Shown here: positions 1-10,003 of the stretch, one piece after another | Layout: each line of letters opens with the position of its first letter | Position numbering within the stretch: position 1 is the first letter of the stretch | Source: an uncultured Chthonomonadaceae bacterium | Lineage (GTDB): Bacteria > Armatimonadota > Chthonomonadetes > Chthonomonadales > Chthonomonadaceae | Assembly (NCBI GenBank): GCA_963817895.1 | Contig: CAWFQB010000002.1 | Span: forward strand, 288,001 to 352,000 | Direction of reading: 5' to 3' | DNA length: 64,000 nucleotides | The notes under the pieces: model-generated | Told to the model about the DNA's origin: nothing | The model's input: the letters and a program-made list of their open reading frames with translations, nothing else | Database searches by the model: none | Made by a program: the position numbers and the translations under genes

Positions 1-719
1 CAGCCGTTATTTTTACTGATAAACTCCTTTAACAATTTCAAGCCAAGCCCGCCGGGTATGCTGCCTGTTTTCGTAGTATTGGAGTCTTCTGTCGCCCATT
101 GTATTGCCTGAGCTGCAGTAAGTTCTAATCCCCGCTTTTGCCGTATTACGTTTTTGATGCCGATGCCTAAATCTGCAATGGAGAATTGGAAACAACTCTT
201 TTGAGGGAAATACTGACCACAGGAGAAGATGCCGTTTTTGGTGTCAGAGTGAAGAACGGCATTACTAAATATCTCAAAAATGCTCTCTCGTATTTTTTTA
301 ATTGCGCCTTCAGACATGCTTGGGAGGCCTTTTCCAACAAGGCTTTGTTCTACATATTCTGCAAAATAGCGCTCATCTTGAACGCCGAACCGTTGATACT
401 GCACTGTTGTACCATGTACATCACGAGATTTATGACGACCATAGTTGCTCAAAAAGCCGTTCTTGGACAATACCATTTCGATGGGAGGAGGTATATTTAC
501 AATTTCGACTGTGTTTAGCTGACGACTGGCTTGATACAACAAGGCTCCAAAAGGAGCGCACATGTTTGCGTCAAACCACCTCGTATGTTCCATGTCTATC
601 AGAATTGTCTCATATTCTACTCCATTTAGACGCTCTGCTAACGAAATAAGTCGCTCGAACCCCTGATAATTGCTTCTTATATCTGGAAGATCAATGTTCA
701 AGAAGGGTTTTGGTTCCAT
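1..719 (-). CDS. GHKL/HATPase-fold ATP-binding protein with STAS-like N-terminus (3' end runs off the window)
   Basis: Not in the ORF track. Manual translation from ATG 719 is open to position 1: MEPKPFLNIDLPDIRS...WFDANMCAPFG...EIFSNAVLHS (N box)...SIADLGIGI (G1)...IPGGLGLKLLKEF (G2). Low GC. Confidence 0.8.
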   Translation of the reverse strand, partial: MEPKPFLNIDLPDIRSNYQGFERLISLAERLNGVEYETILIDMEHTRWFDANMCAPFGALLYQASRQLNTVEIVNIPPPIEMVLSKNGFLSNYGRHKSRDVHGTTVQYQRFGVQDERYFAEYVEQSLVGKGLPSMSEGAIKKIRESIFEIFSNAVLHSDTKNGIFSCGQYFPQKSCFQFSIADLGIGIKNVIRQKRGLELTAAQAIQWATEDSNTTKTGSIPGGLGLKLLKEFISKNNG

Positions 720-925
720 AATGATGTATACCTTGTTGCGCCTGGCGCTATGTTGCGTCCTGCATAGATTCGCTTTGCTGGCCTTTACTTCCTTCTCTCT
801 TTCGCTTTAGCTATAATCTTCGAGCAAATTATTCGTCGCAGCAAATTGTAGAAGGGTTTCGCGTGTCTTTTGTTGCAATGTTGGCACATACAATTCCTTA
901 TGACTTGTTTAGATGGAGAGCGGAC

Positions 926-2458
926 ATGGCGTATTTACTTGGCATTGACATCGGCACGAGCGGCACGAAAACGATTCTGATGGACGAGATGGGCAGGGTA
1001 CTTGCCCGCGCATTGGTAGAATACCCGCTTTATTCGCCGCGCCCGCAGTGGAGCGAACAAAACCCCCTTGACTGGTGGAACGCGACCGTCACGACGGTTC
1101 GGCGCGTATTGGACCAGTCCGGCATCGCGGCGAATGAGATCAAAGGCATCGGGCTTTCGGGGCAGATGCACGGTTCGGTGTTTGTGGATGAGAACAAACA
1201 GGTTTTGCGTCACGCGCTGCTGTGGAACGATCAGCGGACGCAGGCGGAGTGCGACTGGATTACCCACACGGTCGGGAAAGACAAGATCGTTGACCTGATT
1301 TCCAATCCCGTCCTGACCGGGTTTACCGCGCCCAAAATCGTCTGGCTGCGCAACCATGAGCCGGAAATCTATGCCCGCGTGAAAAAAGTTCTGTTGCCCA
1401 AAGATTATGTGCGCCTGATGCTGACGGGCGAATACGCGACGGAAGTATCCGATGCGTCCGGCACGGCTCTGTTCAATGTGAAAAAACGCGAATGGGCGGA
1501 TGAACTGCTGGACGCGATTGACATACCCCGCGAGTGGATGCCCGCGTGTTACGAGTCGCCGGAGGTTTCCGGGCGCGTTTCTGCGGAAGCGGCAGCCTTA
1601 ACAGGCCTTGCAATCGGAACGCCGGTTGTGGGCGGCGGGGGCGATCAGGCGGCGGGCGCGGTCGGCAACGGCATTGTGGAAACGGGTATTGTCAGTTCCA
1701 CCATCGGCACGTCGGGCGTGGTTTTCGCGTTCAGCGATCAGCCGGTTGTGGACCCGCAGTTGCGGCTGCACACGTTCTGCCACGCGGTTCCGGGCAAATG
1801 GCATTTAATGGGAGTGATGCTTTCCGCCGGAGGCAGCCTGCAATGGTATCGGGATGCGTACTGCCAGCCGGAAAAAGTGGTTGCGGGCGCGTTGGGACAC
1901 GACCCTTATGATTTGATCTGCGCGGAAGCCGCCCGCGCCCCTGTCGGCAGCGAGGGCTTGATTTTTCTGCCTTATCTGACCGGGGAACGCGCCCCGTATG
2001 CCGACCCGAACGCGCGGGGCGTTTTGTTCGGTATCACGCGGCGCACGGATCGCAGCCACGTTGCCCGCGCCGTTTTGGAAGGCGTCGCGTATGGCATGGC
2101 CGACTCGTTTCAGATCATGGCAGAGATGAACCTCCCGATTACGCAGGCGCGGGCATCGGGCGGAGGCGCGAAAAGCCGGTTCTGGCGCGACATGCAGGCC
2201 GACATCACGGGCTATCCGCACGTTACCATCAACGTGGACGAGGGGCCGGCGTTGGGCGTCGCATTGCTGGCGGGCGTGGGTACGGGCGTATACGGTTCGG
2301 TCGAGGAAGCCTGCCGGAGTATCATTCAGATTAAGGACTCGCTGGATGTGTGCGTGGTCAACCATGCCGCCTACAAGCGTTTCCACAAAATCTACCAGAA
2401 CCTCTACGCCCACTTGAAGCAGGACTTCGCGGACGTAGCGCATATTGTGGGCGGGTGA
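926..2458 (+). CDS. xylB: Xylulokinase (FGGY kinase)
   Basis: GIDIGTSGTK, GLSGQMHG, LWNDQRT, SDASGT, GGGDQAAGAVG, LPYLTGER and GGGAKS motifs; GGAG RBS before ATG 926. Confidence 0.92.
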   Translation: MAYLLGIDIGTSGTKTILMDEMGRVLARALVEYPLYSPRPQWSEQNPLDWWNATVTTVRRVLDQSGIAANEIKGIGLSGQMHGSVFVDENKQVLRHALLWNDQRTQAECDWITHTVGKDKIVDLISNPVLTGFTAPKIVWLRNHEPEIYARVKKVLLPKDYVRLMLTGEYATEVSDASGTALFNVKKREWADELLDAIDIPREWMPACYESPEVSGRVSAEAAALTGLAIGTPVVGGGGDQAAGAVGNGIVETGIVSSTIGTSGVVFAFSDQPVVDPQLRLHTFCHAVPGKWHLMGVMLSAGGSLQWYRDAYCQPEKVVAGALGHDPYDLICAEAARAPVGSEGLIFLPYLTGERAPYADPNARGVLFGITRRTDRSHVARAVLEGVAYGMADSFQIMAEMNLPITQARASGGGAKSRFWRDMQADITGYPHVTINVDEGPALGVALLAGVGTGVYGSVEEACRSIIQIKDSLDVCVVNHAAYKRFHKIYQNLYAHLKQDFADVAHIVGG

Positions 2459-2473
2459 ATACAAACGTACAGC

Positions 2474-2616
2474 ACAGAGGCACAGAGACACAGAGGTTTC
2501 ACAGAGAAAATAACAAAGAGGAGGGAAATCGCTAAATACGCTTTTGCTCTGTTCCCTGTATCCTCTTCTCTTTACCCTCCTCTGTGAAACCTCTGTGTCT
2601 CTGCGCCTCTGTGGTG
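2474..2616. repeat. CACAGAG(G/A)-unit palindromic intergenic element
   Basis: cacagaggcacagagacacagagg...ctctgtgtctctgcgcctctgtggtg inverted arms between convergent genes; a half copy recurs at about 37605-37643. Confidence 0.75.
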
Positions 2617-2633
2617 AACGTTGTTTTGAGTTC

Positions 2634-3959
2634 TTAGAAGCGGAACAGGGCGGCAATGGTGGCGCTGTCCGGCATGGTTTCCGGGGGCAGAGCGTACACG
2701 GTTCCGCTGTGCAGCAACGTCTGCATGGCCGCGAAGTTGAGCAACTCCTCATCGCCGGGTTCGCGCGTTTCATGCCGATGCGTCGCATTGGCTTCCGCGT
2801 CGAACAGCCCGTAAATTTCCGACCCGATGGCCGTGAAAAGCGTATCCACGCGCCCGAAGGCGGCGGCGGAAACAATCTCTTCCAGCGATTGCGACGTGAG
2901 ATTGTCAATGGCTTTGGCCTCGCCGTAGCGCGTCAGCGCGTTCTCCTGCGCGGCAAGGAAAAACGGCTGAACGAGGGGCCAGGCGCGGTCATGCAAGTCC
3001 TGCGGCGATAACAGTTTGGGATTGCCCTGAATAGCCTCGTCTACGAGATGCTGATAGGTGTTGGCCTTGCGGTAAATGGGAACCTCGTATTCCACGCAGG
3101 CCAGAACGAGCGGCGCGGTTTCGTTTCTCAGATAGGCGTGAAGCCCCTTGTTCACCATGTGGAAAAAGCGGTTCAGGCGGTCCACCGTATCTTCGGGAGC
3201 CTGGCTGTGGCCGTGAAACTGCTGGCCGGCCCCGAAAGCGTTGTTGCGGTTGAAGGCATGGCGTTCCACTTCCTCGTTGAGCGCGTCAGCCATGTTGGTG
3301 GGAACGCCCTCCAGATGAACCTCCTGCATAGACGCGCTGCTCCCCCGAAACATGCGAATGTTGTCCTGGCTGAGAGTCAGGACATAAAACCGTCCATCCC
3401 CGTTGAGCAGGGGAAGCATCGGCTGAATCTGAAAGTGGTCATTTACCAGCGCCATGTCGGTAAACGGCTGCGACACGCGGTACACGCGAAACAGTTCCGG
3501 CGAACGGAATACAGCCAACCCCTCATTCGTGGTCTGCCAGAAGGCGCGATGCTCCAGCAATTCCTGCACCGGCACGAGCAATTCCATAGCCTGCTCCGCG
3601 TCCATACCCAGCGTGACCAGTTGTTTTTCCGCCGAGCGCAGCAGGTTCTTGAATTCCGTTAAATTCTGCGCGGTATTGCCTGCCGGATGTGTCGTCATGT
3701 GGAGGGAAACACAAACTCGCGTGGTATCCGCCAGCAACGTTTTAAGCTCCTCCTGATTGAACGCGTCCACTCTGGGACTGCCGATACCCCCGTGAGAATG
3801 GCTCTCCGCTTCGGAGAATATCCCCTGCTCGTCCACTTCCGCCGTTTCGCGGTCCCGTTCGCGGCGCTCATGGCGTCCGGCTCTGGTATCGCTATGGCCG
3901 GGAGCCTGCTTGTCCAGTATTTGAGGCACTTTCGATTCGCTTCTTCTTGATTCCGACAT
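2634..3959 (-). CDS. Bacterial archaeo-eukaryotic release factor-like protein (baeRF3/baeRF7 family)
   Basis: CVSLHMTTH, FKNLLR, GLAVFRS, FYVLTLSQ, PLVLAC, AAFGRVDTLF and C-terminal AALFRF match the baeRF family pattern. Confidence 0.8.
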   Translation of the reverse strand: MSESRRSESKVPQILDKQAPGHSDTRAGRHERRERDRETAEVDEQGIFSEAESHSHGGIGSPRVDAFNQEELKTLLADTTRVCVSLHMTTHPAGNTAQNLTEFKNLLRSAEKQLVTLGMDAEQAMELLVPVQELLEHRAFWQTTNEGLAVFRSPELFRVYRVSQPFTDMALVNDHFQIQPMLPLLNGDGRFYVLTLSQDNIRMFRGSSASMQEVHLEGVPTNMADALNEEVERHAFNRNNAFGAGQQFHGHSQAPEDTVDRLNRFFHMVNKGLHAYLRNETAPLVLACVEYEVPIYRKANTYQHLVDEAIQGNPKLLSPQDLHDRAWPLVQPFFLAAQENALTRYGEAKAIDNLTSQSLEEIVSAAAFGRVDTLFTAIGSEIYGLFDAEANATHRHETREPGDEELLNFAAMQTLLHSGTVYALPPETMPDSATIAALFRF

Positions 3960-4343
3960 AGGTGTTCATCCTCTTCCCGATGAAATTTTGGATTTAAGTT
4001 TCTTACCTGAAATCTTTGCCGCTTGCCTGTTATCACACCGGCAGCCAACGTGTCTTCAGACAGTGTTCCGGCAAACAAAGCGACAGTAAACTCTCCTGTA
4101 AGACTGACACAAACGACGTTTGGGGATGAACATTTGTTTTAAGCCGCCCTATGCAATTAGGAGAGGCAGCCCTGATTTAAGAGCCGGAAGCGCGAAAACG
4201 GACAGGATTTCACCCCCAATATGCAGAGGGTTTTGTCCGCAACATTCCATAGTCTGAATTAAGGCATAAGTTTGGCGACATTGGGCGCAGTGATTCGATC
4301 TATCCTGTGCATAGTATTCGCAATTGGTCTGAGGAGATTTAGA

Positions 4344-4889
4344 ATGAAGACACAAAATGGTTGGCTGGCAGCCGCTCTCGCCCTGAGCATTACGGGCATT
4401 GTGGGCTGCGGCGGCAACAAATCCGATGACGCCGGGACGACCGGGGCTACGGGAACCTCCGGCGCTTCCGGCGGCAGTGGCTCATCCGGCAGTGGTTCGT
4501 CAGGAACCGCAAGTGGCGGCAGTGGTTCGTCAGGAACTGCAAGCGGCGGCAGTGGCGCGACGGGATCATCGGGCGGGAGTTCGAGTAGCGCGTCGGGCAG
4601 TGGCGGGGGCGGAACCTCCGGCATGTCGGGCGGCAGCGGCACATCGGGAGCCGCTGGCAGCATGAGCAGCACATCCGGCGCGGGCGGAACAGGCGGCGCG
4701 TCCGGTTCGGGCGGCATGGGCAGCGGAACCGGCACAGCCGGAAGCGGGGGCGGCGCAATGGGCGGAGCCGGCAGCTCGGGTGGCGCATCCGGTGGAACCG
4801 GCGGTTCGGGTGGCGGCACAACCGGTGGCGCGACTGGTGGCGGAAGTGGCAGCGGCGGCTCGGGTGGCGGCACGGGCGGAGGAGGTTAA
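4344..4889 (+). CDS. Gly/Ser-rich low-complexity lipoprotein
   Basis: GAGGAG RBS, signal peptide with lipobox IVGC, then about 155 aa almost entirely G/S/T/A/M. Confidence 0.75.
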   Translation: MKTQNGWLAAALALSITGIVGCGGNKSDDAGTTGATGTSGASGGSGSSGSGSSGTASGGSGSSGTASGGSGATGSSGGSSSSASGSGGGGTSGMSGGSGTSGAAGSMSSTSGAGGTGGASGSGGMGSGTGTAGSGGGAMGGAGSSGGASGGTGGSGGGTTGGATGGGSGSGGSGGGTGGGG

Positions 4890-4979
4890 GGAGTGGATAG
4901 TTCGTAGTGGATAGTTGATAGAGATACAGAAACTATGAACTTACTCTACTTACCGGTTTAGAGTCTATCCCAACAGGTT

Positions 4980-5021
4980 CCCCTTCTCCCAACATTGGGA
5001 GAAGGGGCCAGGGGTTGAGGG
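4980..5021. repeat. CCCCT(T)CTCCC...GGGAGA(A)GGGG REP-like hairpin, copy 1
   Basis: ccccttctcccaacattgggagaaggggccaggggttgaggg; related copies at about 9650-9692, 16677-16722 and 63358-63407. Confidence 0.75.
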
Positions 5022-5187
5022 CTAATCAAGATAGACGTTTATTCCACAGGCGTTTGACCGAGATGCCCCTGTAACGGCTCACAAGCACAGGCGAATGAGC
5101 AGGCGCAGGGGCATCCTTTCTGTATTTTAAGTCCCTTTCAAGCGACTTCAGCAAGCATCCGCAAAACACGCGACAGCAAATTGGGCC

Positions 5188-5904
5188 ATGACGACACCAA
5201 ACTTTCAGAAACAGAGAGCAACAGCGCGGGGACGGCTGCAAGCCCGCCCTGCCGCGCCCATTCAGACGGGAACGGCGGGTCTGCATCCTCTTGAACTGGA
5301 CGCGAAACGCGACGGGCTGCTGTATGTTCCCGCCGTCTACTCCCCGACAAAGCCCGCGCCACTTATCTTGATGCTGCACGGGGCGGGCGGCAATGCCGAG
5401 GGTGGCCTGCGCCCGTTCCGTAATTTCGCGGACATGTCCAACCTGATCCTGCTGGCCGTATCCTCGCAGCGCGAAACCTGGGACGTGCTGCGCGGCGCGT
5501 ATGGCCCCGATGTCGCCATGATTGACCGCGCGCTGACACAGACATTTCAACGCTATCCTATTGACCCGGCTCACATCGCTGTGGAGGGCTTTTCCGATGG
5601 CGCATCCTATGCGCTTTCCCTGGGACTTACCAACGGCGACCTGTTTACCCATATCATCGCGTTCGCGCCCGGTTTTATGGCCCCGGCCAGCCAACACGGC
5701 GCTCCCGGCATTTTCATCTCCCACGGCACAGAAGACAGCGTATTGCCTGTTGACCGGTGCAGTCGCCGCCTTGTGCCGCAACTGAAGCAGGCGGGATACA
5801 GCGTAAACTACCATGAGTTTTCCGGCCCGCATACCGTGCCGGAAACCATTGCGGAGGATGCGCTGGACTGGTTTACCGCCCCGCCCGAGAGAAATAACAT
5901 TTGA
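5188..5904 (+). CDS. Phospholipase/carboxylesterase (alpha/beta hydrolase)
   Basis: LHGAGG, nucleophile elbow GFSDG, HGTEDSVLP and GPH catalytic motifs. Confidence 0.88.
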   Translation: MTTPNFQKQRATARGRLQARPAAPIQTGTAGLHPLELDAKRDGLLYVPAVYSPTKPAPLILMLHGAGGNAEGGLRPFRNFADMSNLILLAVSSQRETWDVLRGAYGPDVAMIDRALTQTFQRYPIDPAHIAVEGFSDGASYALSLGLTNGDLFTHIIAFAPGFMAPASQHGAPGIFISHGTEDSVLPVDRCSRRLVPQLKQAGYSVNYHEFSGPHTVPETIAEDALDWFTAPPERNNI

Positions 5905-5941
5905 ATATCCACGAACTTGAAACCCAACAGGGCAAAGCCGC

Positions 5942-6364
5942 TTATACCTCTGCAAAGTGGCCGTCCAGGGAGAGATTCTCCACGCCCTGTCGGACGGGAA
6001 TATTCCTAATGGCGACAAGCAAGTCCGAAGCCGCCTGATCCTTCGTCAGGCAGTCGTCGGCTCCTATCCTGTAACACGCGACAAATTGGGGTTCGTGGGC
6101 ATACGCGCTCCAGACAATCAGGCGAACATCCGGCAGCCGCTCTCGTAAAAGGCGCAAGCCCTCCAGCCCTCCCTCTTCTTCGCGTATATCGAGAAGAATA
6201 ACATCGGGAGGAACTTGCAGCGCCAATCCGAGCGCCTGGGTATGGGTGGGCAGTGAGCCAATGACATACATATCCGGCTGGCCGATGATCAGGTCCAGCA
6301 GGCGATAGCGCGTCCCGGCATCCTGATCGGCAATCAGGATGCCGATTTGGTTTCCAGCAGACAT
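5942..6364 (-). CDS. Stand-alone response regulator receiver domain protein (NarL-like REC)
   Basis: ILIADQD, PDVILLDI, LIVWSA, GADDCLTK; no output domain. Confidence 0.75.
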   Translation of the reverse strand: MSAGNQIGILIADQDAGTRYRLLDLIIGQPDMYVIGSLPTHTQALGLALQVPPDVILLDIREEEGGLEGLRLLRERLPDVRLIVWSAYAHEPQFVACYRIGADDCLTKDQAASDLLVAIRNIPVRQGVENLSLDGHFAEV

Positions 6365-6726
6365 TGCCACTCCTTGTAAAATCAGATTCCACCCTCTTAC
6401 GCCTTTACGATACTCCATGTCTGCCGCCAAAACGCTTAACTTTATACCACTCTTTCGAGGTATGCCACCGCGCGTAGGGTTTATAAAAGCGCATCAACAC
6501 GGATTTAGCCGAAAGCGCGTCCAAATATTCAGATGAGAATATCTCTTTATAACGAGAACACGGCTTTACGCGGCGCGTGTGTAGGAACAGTCGCGCCTGC
6601 CAACTCGCTGGCCTTGCGAAACAGGCTGAAGTGTCAGGGCGGCATCACCGCGCCATTCATTTTCACTATCGCGTATCGCGAAGTATTGGCTTTTGGCAGC
6701 GCATCGCCAAAAGCCGGGAGAATACC

Positions 6727-7620
6727 ATGTCAAATCAGAGCGCTGTTTTGGAAAACCCGACAGAACTTGGGCCGAAGCCGGAATTCAATGAGCCGCCCTT
6801 AGATTTCCCCGCCATTGAAGCGGAGATGCAACTACAGCCGGATTACGGCGAACAGTCGTACAAGGGGAGCGGCAAGCTGACCGGGCGCAAGGCTCTGATT
6901 ACAGGCGGGGACAGCGGCATCGGACGCGCGGTCGCCCTCGCCTTTGCCCGCGAAGGCGCGGATGTGCTGATCTCCTACCTTGAAGAGGAGGAGGAGGACG
7001 CGCAGGAGACGGCGCGCGTGGTTCGGGAAGCGGGACGCGAGTGCGTCACCATTGCGGGCAACATCGGCAACGAAGAGCATTGCCGCGATCTGGTGCAGCA
7101 GGCCGTTCAGCAATTGGGCGGGCTGGATATTCTGGTGAACAATGCCGCGTTCCAGATGTCCCACCCGGAAGTGACGGAACTGCCCTCCGATGAGTTCGAC
7201 CTGACATTCAAAACCAACGTGTACGCGCTTTATTATCTGATTAAAGCGGCCATTCCCCATTTGCAGCCGGGCAGCGCGATCATCAACACGTCTTCCATCG
7301 AGGCGTTCGATCCCGATGCGTCGCTGTTCGCGTATGCGGCCACCAAAGCGGCCATTGTCAACATGACCAAATCGCTGGCGCAGGACTTGATTAAGAAGGG
7401 TATCCGCGTCAACTCCGTGGCTCCCGGCCCGGTTTGGACGCCGCTGATCCCCTCGACAATGCCGCCGGAAAAGGTGAAAGAGTTCGGCAAGCAGTCGCCC
7501 ATAGGCCGTCCCGCGCAACCGGCGGAACTCGCGCCCATATATGTCCTGCTGGCGTCGCAGGAGGCAAGTTATGTCAACGGCATGATTTACGGCGTGACGG
7601 GCGGAACCCCGCTGTTCTAA
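6727..7620 (+). CDS. SDR family oxidoreductase (YghA/YdaD-like stress-associated SDR)
   Basis: PDYGEQSYKGSGKL, TGGDSGIG, NNAA, YAATK, VNSVAPGPVWTPL. Confidence 0.92.
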   Translation: MSNQSAVLENPTELGPKPEFNEPPLDFPAIEAEMQLQPDYGEQSYKGSGKLTGRKALITGGDSGIGRAVALAFAREGADVLISYLEEEEEDAQETARVVREAGRECVTIAGNIGNEEHCRDLVQQAVQQLGGLDILVNNAAFQMSHPEVTELPSDEFDLTFKTNVYALYYLIKAAIPHLQPGSAIINTSSIEAFDPDASLFAYAATKAAIVNMTKSLAQDLIKKGIRVNSVAPGPVWTPLIPSTMPPEKVKEFGKQSPIGRPAQPAELAPIYVLLASQEASYVNGMIYGVTGGTPLF

Positions 7621-7657
7621 ACCCGCGTCTCTATCTATGGATAGAGATAAAATTATA

Positions 7658-7691
7658 CGCCCGAAAGTTGCCGCGCGGCAACTTTCGGGCG
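7658..7691. terminator. Perfect GC-rich palindrome after the SDR gene (terminator or REP-like)
   Basis: cgcccgaaagttgccgc/gcggcaactttcgggcg is a perfect inverted repeat; no clear U tract. Confidence 0.5.
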
Positions 7692-7786
7692 TCTGTTCCC
7701 GGTAGATTTTGGTGAATCGCAACTGCTAAATGTTGTTCAGCGGCTGCGGAACCAGCACTGATCTTCAATGATATAAACAGGAATAC

Positions 7787-9628
7787 ATGGAACAGACACC
7801 CTCCGAATTGAGTTTATCGCAGGATGATGACGAAGCCGTGCCGGGGTTGAGCGGCAGTAATCTCCTGCCTCGATCCGTTCAGCGTCCCAATTTCTATCAG
7901 CTTCTGGATGGCGAGTGGCGCTTTGACATAGACTTGAAAGACTGCGGCCTGCGCGAATTGTGGTGTATGGGACACGAGTACGCGCGAACCGCCCACTGGC
8001 CGGGTTCCATCGAAAGCCATCTGGTGGAGGCGAAAGAGGCGCAGCAGCACACGCCCGCGTGGCAGGACAAGGTCATTGTCTGGTACGAGCGCGAGTTTAC
8101 GCTGCCGGAGCAGCCCGCGCTTCCCAGCTCTCTGTGGCAAATTACGTTCGGGGCGTGCGGCTACGAAACGCGCGTGTGGCTGAACGGCAAGCCCCTGCAT
8201 ACTCTCGAAGGCGAGGAGGTCCACTACGGCGCGTACACCTCGTTCACCTACGAACTGCCGCTTGACAGCCTGCGCCCCATAAACCGCCTGACCGTTCGGA
8301 TTGCGGACACAATGGACGCCGATATTCCGCGCGGCAAGCAGGAATCGCATGTGTACAAGCGCGGCGGCATCTGGTATCAGACCCATACGGGCGGCGTGCG
8401 CAGCGTGTGGCTGGAAACCGTCGAGCGCAACCGCCTGCGTTCCCGCGTCAGCGTCATCAGCCTGTTCGCGGACAGCCTCGTCCGCTTTCGCCTGACCACG
8501 TACATACACGACCCCGGCCCCTACACCCTGCGCCTGAAAGTTTTCGCGGCGGATAATTCTACCGAGCCGGTTGCCGCTTCCACTTTTTCGCTGCGGCTGG
8601 AAGCGGGGGAAAAACGGCAGCAGGTGGTTGTGGAAGTGCCGAATGGGCAGGCGTGGTCGCCCGACAGACCCACCCTTTACCGGCTTGTAGCGCAGTTGGT
8701 GGATGAGAATGGACACGCGGCGCAGATTGAAACGCGCTTCGGCCTGCGCAAAATCGAGTCGCGGGGGCGATCCGTTCTGCTCAACAACGCGCCCACGTAT
8801 CTGGACGGGATTTTATATCAGCCGGGCGCGTCCACGTATGAGGAGATGGCGCGGCATTTACGCGCCATCAAGGCACTGGGCTGCAATCTGGTTCGCGTTC
8901 ATATTACGGGCGTGGACCCCCGCGTGTACACGCTTGCCGATGAGATCGGGTTGCTGGTGTGGGTCGAAGTGCCAAGCCCGCATAGTTCCACGCCGCGCAG
9001 CCGGGAGAATCATCACGCGGAACTGCTGCGCCTGCTCGCGTTGCTGGAGAGCCATCCGTCCGTTGTGATCTGGAGTTTGTACAACGAGGATTGGGGGGCG
9101 CAGGACATCGCCACCAACCCGGAAACCCGTCGCTACATCGTAGACCTGTTCCACTACATGCGAATCAATCATCCACAGTTTCTGGTTGTGGACAACGACG
9201 GCTGGCATCATGTTTCGTGCGAGGGGCGCTTAAAGTCCGACCTGCTCACCGCCCACCTGTACACGCCCAATATCAGCCGCTGGCGCGACCTGCTGGATTG
9301 TCTGTCGCAGGGTGAAATGGACGATGTTGCCGTCAATCCGCTGGTTGTGGGCGATCCATTCTTCTACCGGGGGCAAGCGCCTCTGGTTATCAGCGAGTGG
9401 GGCGGCTTCGGCTTTGCGGATTATGGCGGGCCGGAGGGGGCTGGCGAACGCGAAGAGCGCATCCGCGCTTTCAAGCAGGAGTTGCGCCGTCATTCTATCG
9501 CCGGGGACGTGTATACACAGGCGACGGATATCGAAGACGAGCGTAACGGCCTGATTGACCCGAAAACCGGCGAGCTTTCGGTTCCTCCCGGCCTGCTGGC
9601 GTCCCGCCCCGAAAACACAGAAGCATAG
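7787..9628 (+). CDS. Glycoside hydrolase family 2
   Basis: LDGEWRF, WYEREF, PRGKQ, FGLRKI, NLVRVH, HPSVVIWSLYNEDWG (acid/base), VISEWGG (nucleophile). Confidence 0.88.
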   Translation: MEQTPSELSLSQDDDEAVPGLSGSNLLPRSVQRPNFYQLLDGEWRFDIDLKDCGLRELWCMGHEYARTAHWPGSIESHLVEAKEAQQHTPAWQDKVIVWYEREFTLPEQPALPSSLWQITFGACGYETRVWLNGKPLHTLEGEEVHYGAYTSFTYELPLDSLRPINRLTVRIADTMDADIPRGKQESHVYKRGGIWYQTHTGGVRSVWLETVERNRLRSRVSVISLFADSLVRFRLTTYIHDPGPYTLRLKVFAADNSTEPVAASTFSLRLEAGEKRQQVVVEVPNGQAWSPDRPTLYRLVAQLVDENGHAAQIETRFGLRKIESRGRSVLLNNAPTYLDGILYQPGASTYEEMARHLRAIKALGCNLVRVHITGVDPRVYTLADEIGLLVWVEVPSPHSSTPRSRENHHAELLRLLALLESHPSVVIWSLYNEDWGAQDIATNPETRRYIVDLFHYMRINHPQFLVVDNDGWHHVSCEGRLKSDLLTAHLYTPNISRWRDLLDCLSQGEMDDVAVNPLVVGDPFFYRGQAPLVISEWGGFGFADYGGPEGAGEREERIRAFKQELRRHSIAGDVYTQATDIEDERNGLIDPKTGELSVPPGLLASRPENTEA

Positions 9629-9649
9629 GGCAGGGTTTAACCGTTCAGG

Positions 9650-9692
9650 CCCTCACCCCAACCCCTCTCCCAAAAAAGCCTGGGAGAGGGGC
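9650..9692. repeat. CCCCTCTCCC REP-like hairpin, copy 2
   Basis: ccctcaccccaacccctctcccaaaaaagcctgggagaggggc. Confidence 0.7.
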
Positions 9693-9734
9693 TAATCTTA
9701 GATTTCCAGAAGGGGATGAATAGTTACGTCAAGG

Positions 9735-9950
9735 TTAGCCTTTCCCCTCGCTCTGCGTTGCGGCGTGTGGGCTGCTGTCGGCCATCCGGTCCGCGGCCTG
9801 CATCGCCTCATGCTGCGTGGCAAATTCCTGCGTTTCCGTGTTGTCAATAAACAGGACGAACATCCCCTTGCGCTTGCGGACGCTGATGTCGCTTCCCGTA
9901 GAGGGCTGTATGCGCGTGTACACGCGGGTTCCTTTTCGTGTCGGCTGCAT
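9735..9950 (-). CDS. Small hypothetical protein
   Basis: 71 aa ORF with AAGG-rich upstream region; no family recognised. Confidence 0.45.
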   Translation of the reverse strand: MQPTRKGTRVYTRIQPSTGSDISVRKRKGMFVLFIDNTETQEFATQHEAMQAADRMADSSPHAATQSEGKG

Positions 9951-10003
9951 CGTTCTTACCTTTACCTTTTTCGTTCGCGTCGGGGTTTAATCCGGCATAA
10001 TCT

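Noticed and set aside
186..649. Plus-strand ORFs 186-518 and 302-649
   Set aside because: Antisense to the motif-bearing GHKL ATPase on the minus strand.
4259..4873. Pro-rich minus-strand ORF
   Set aside because: Antisense shadow of the Gly-rich lipoprotein, which has the RBS and lipobox.
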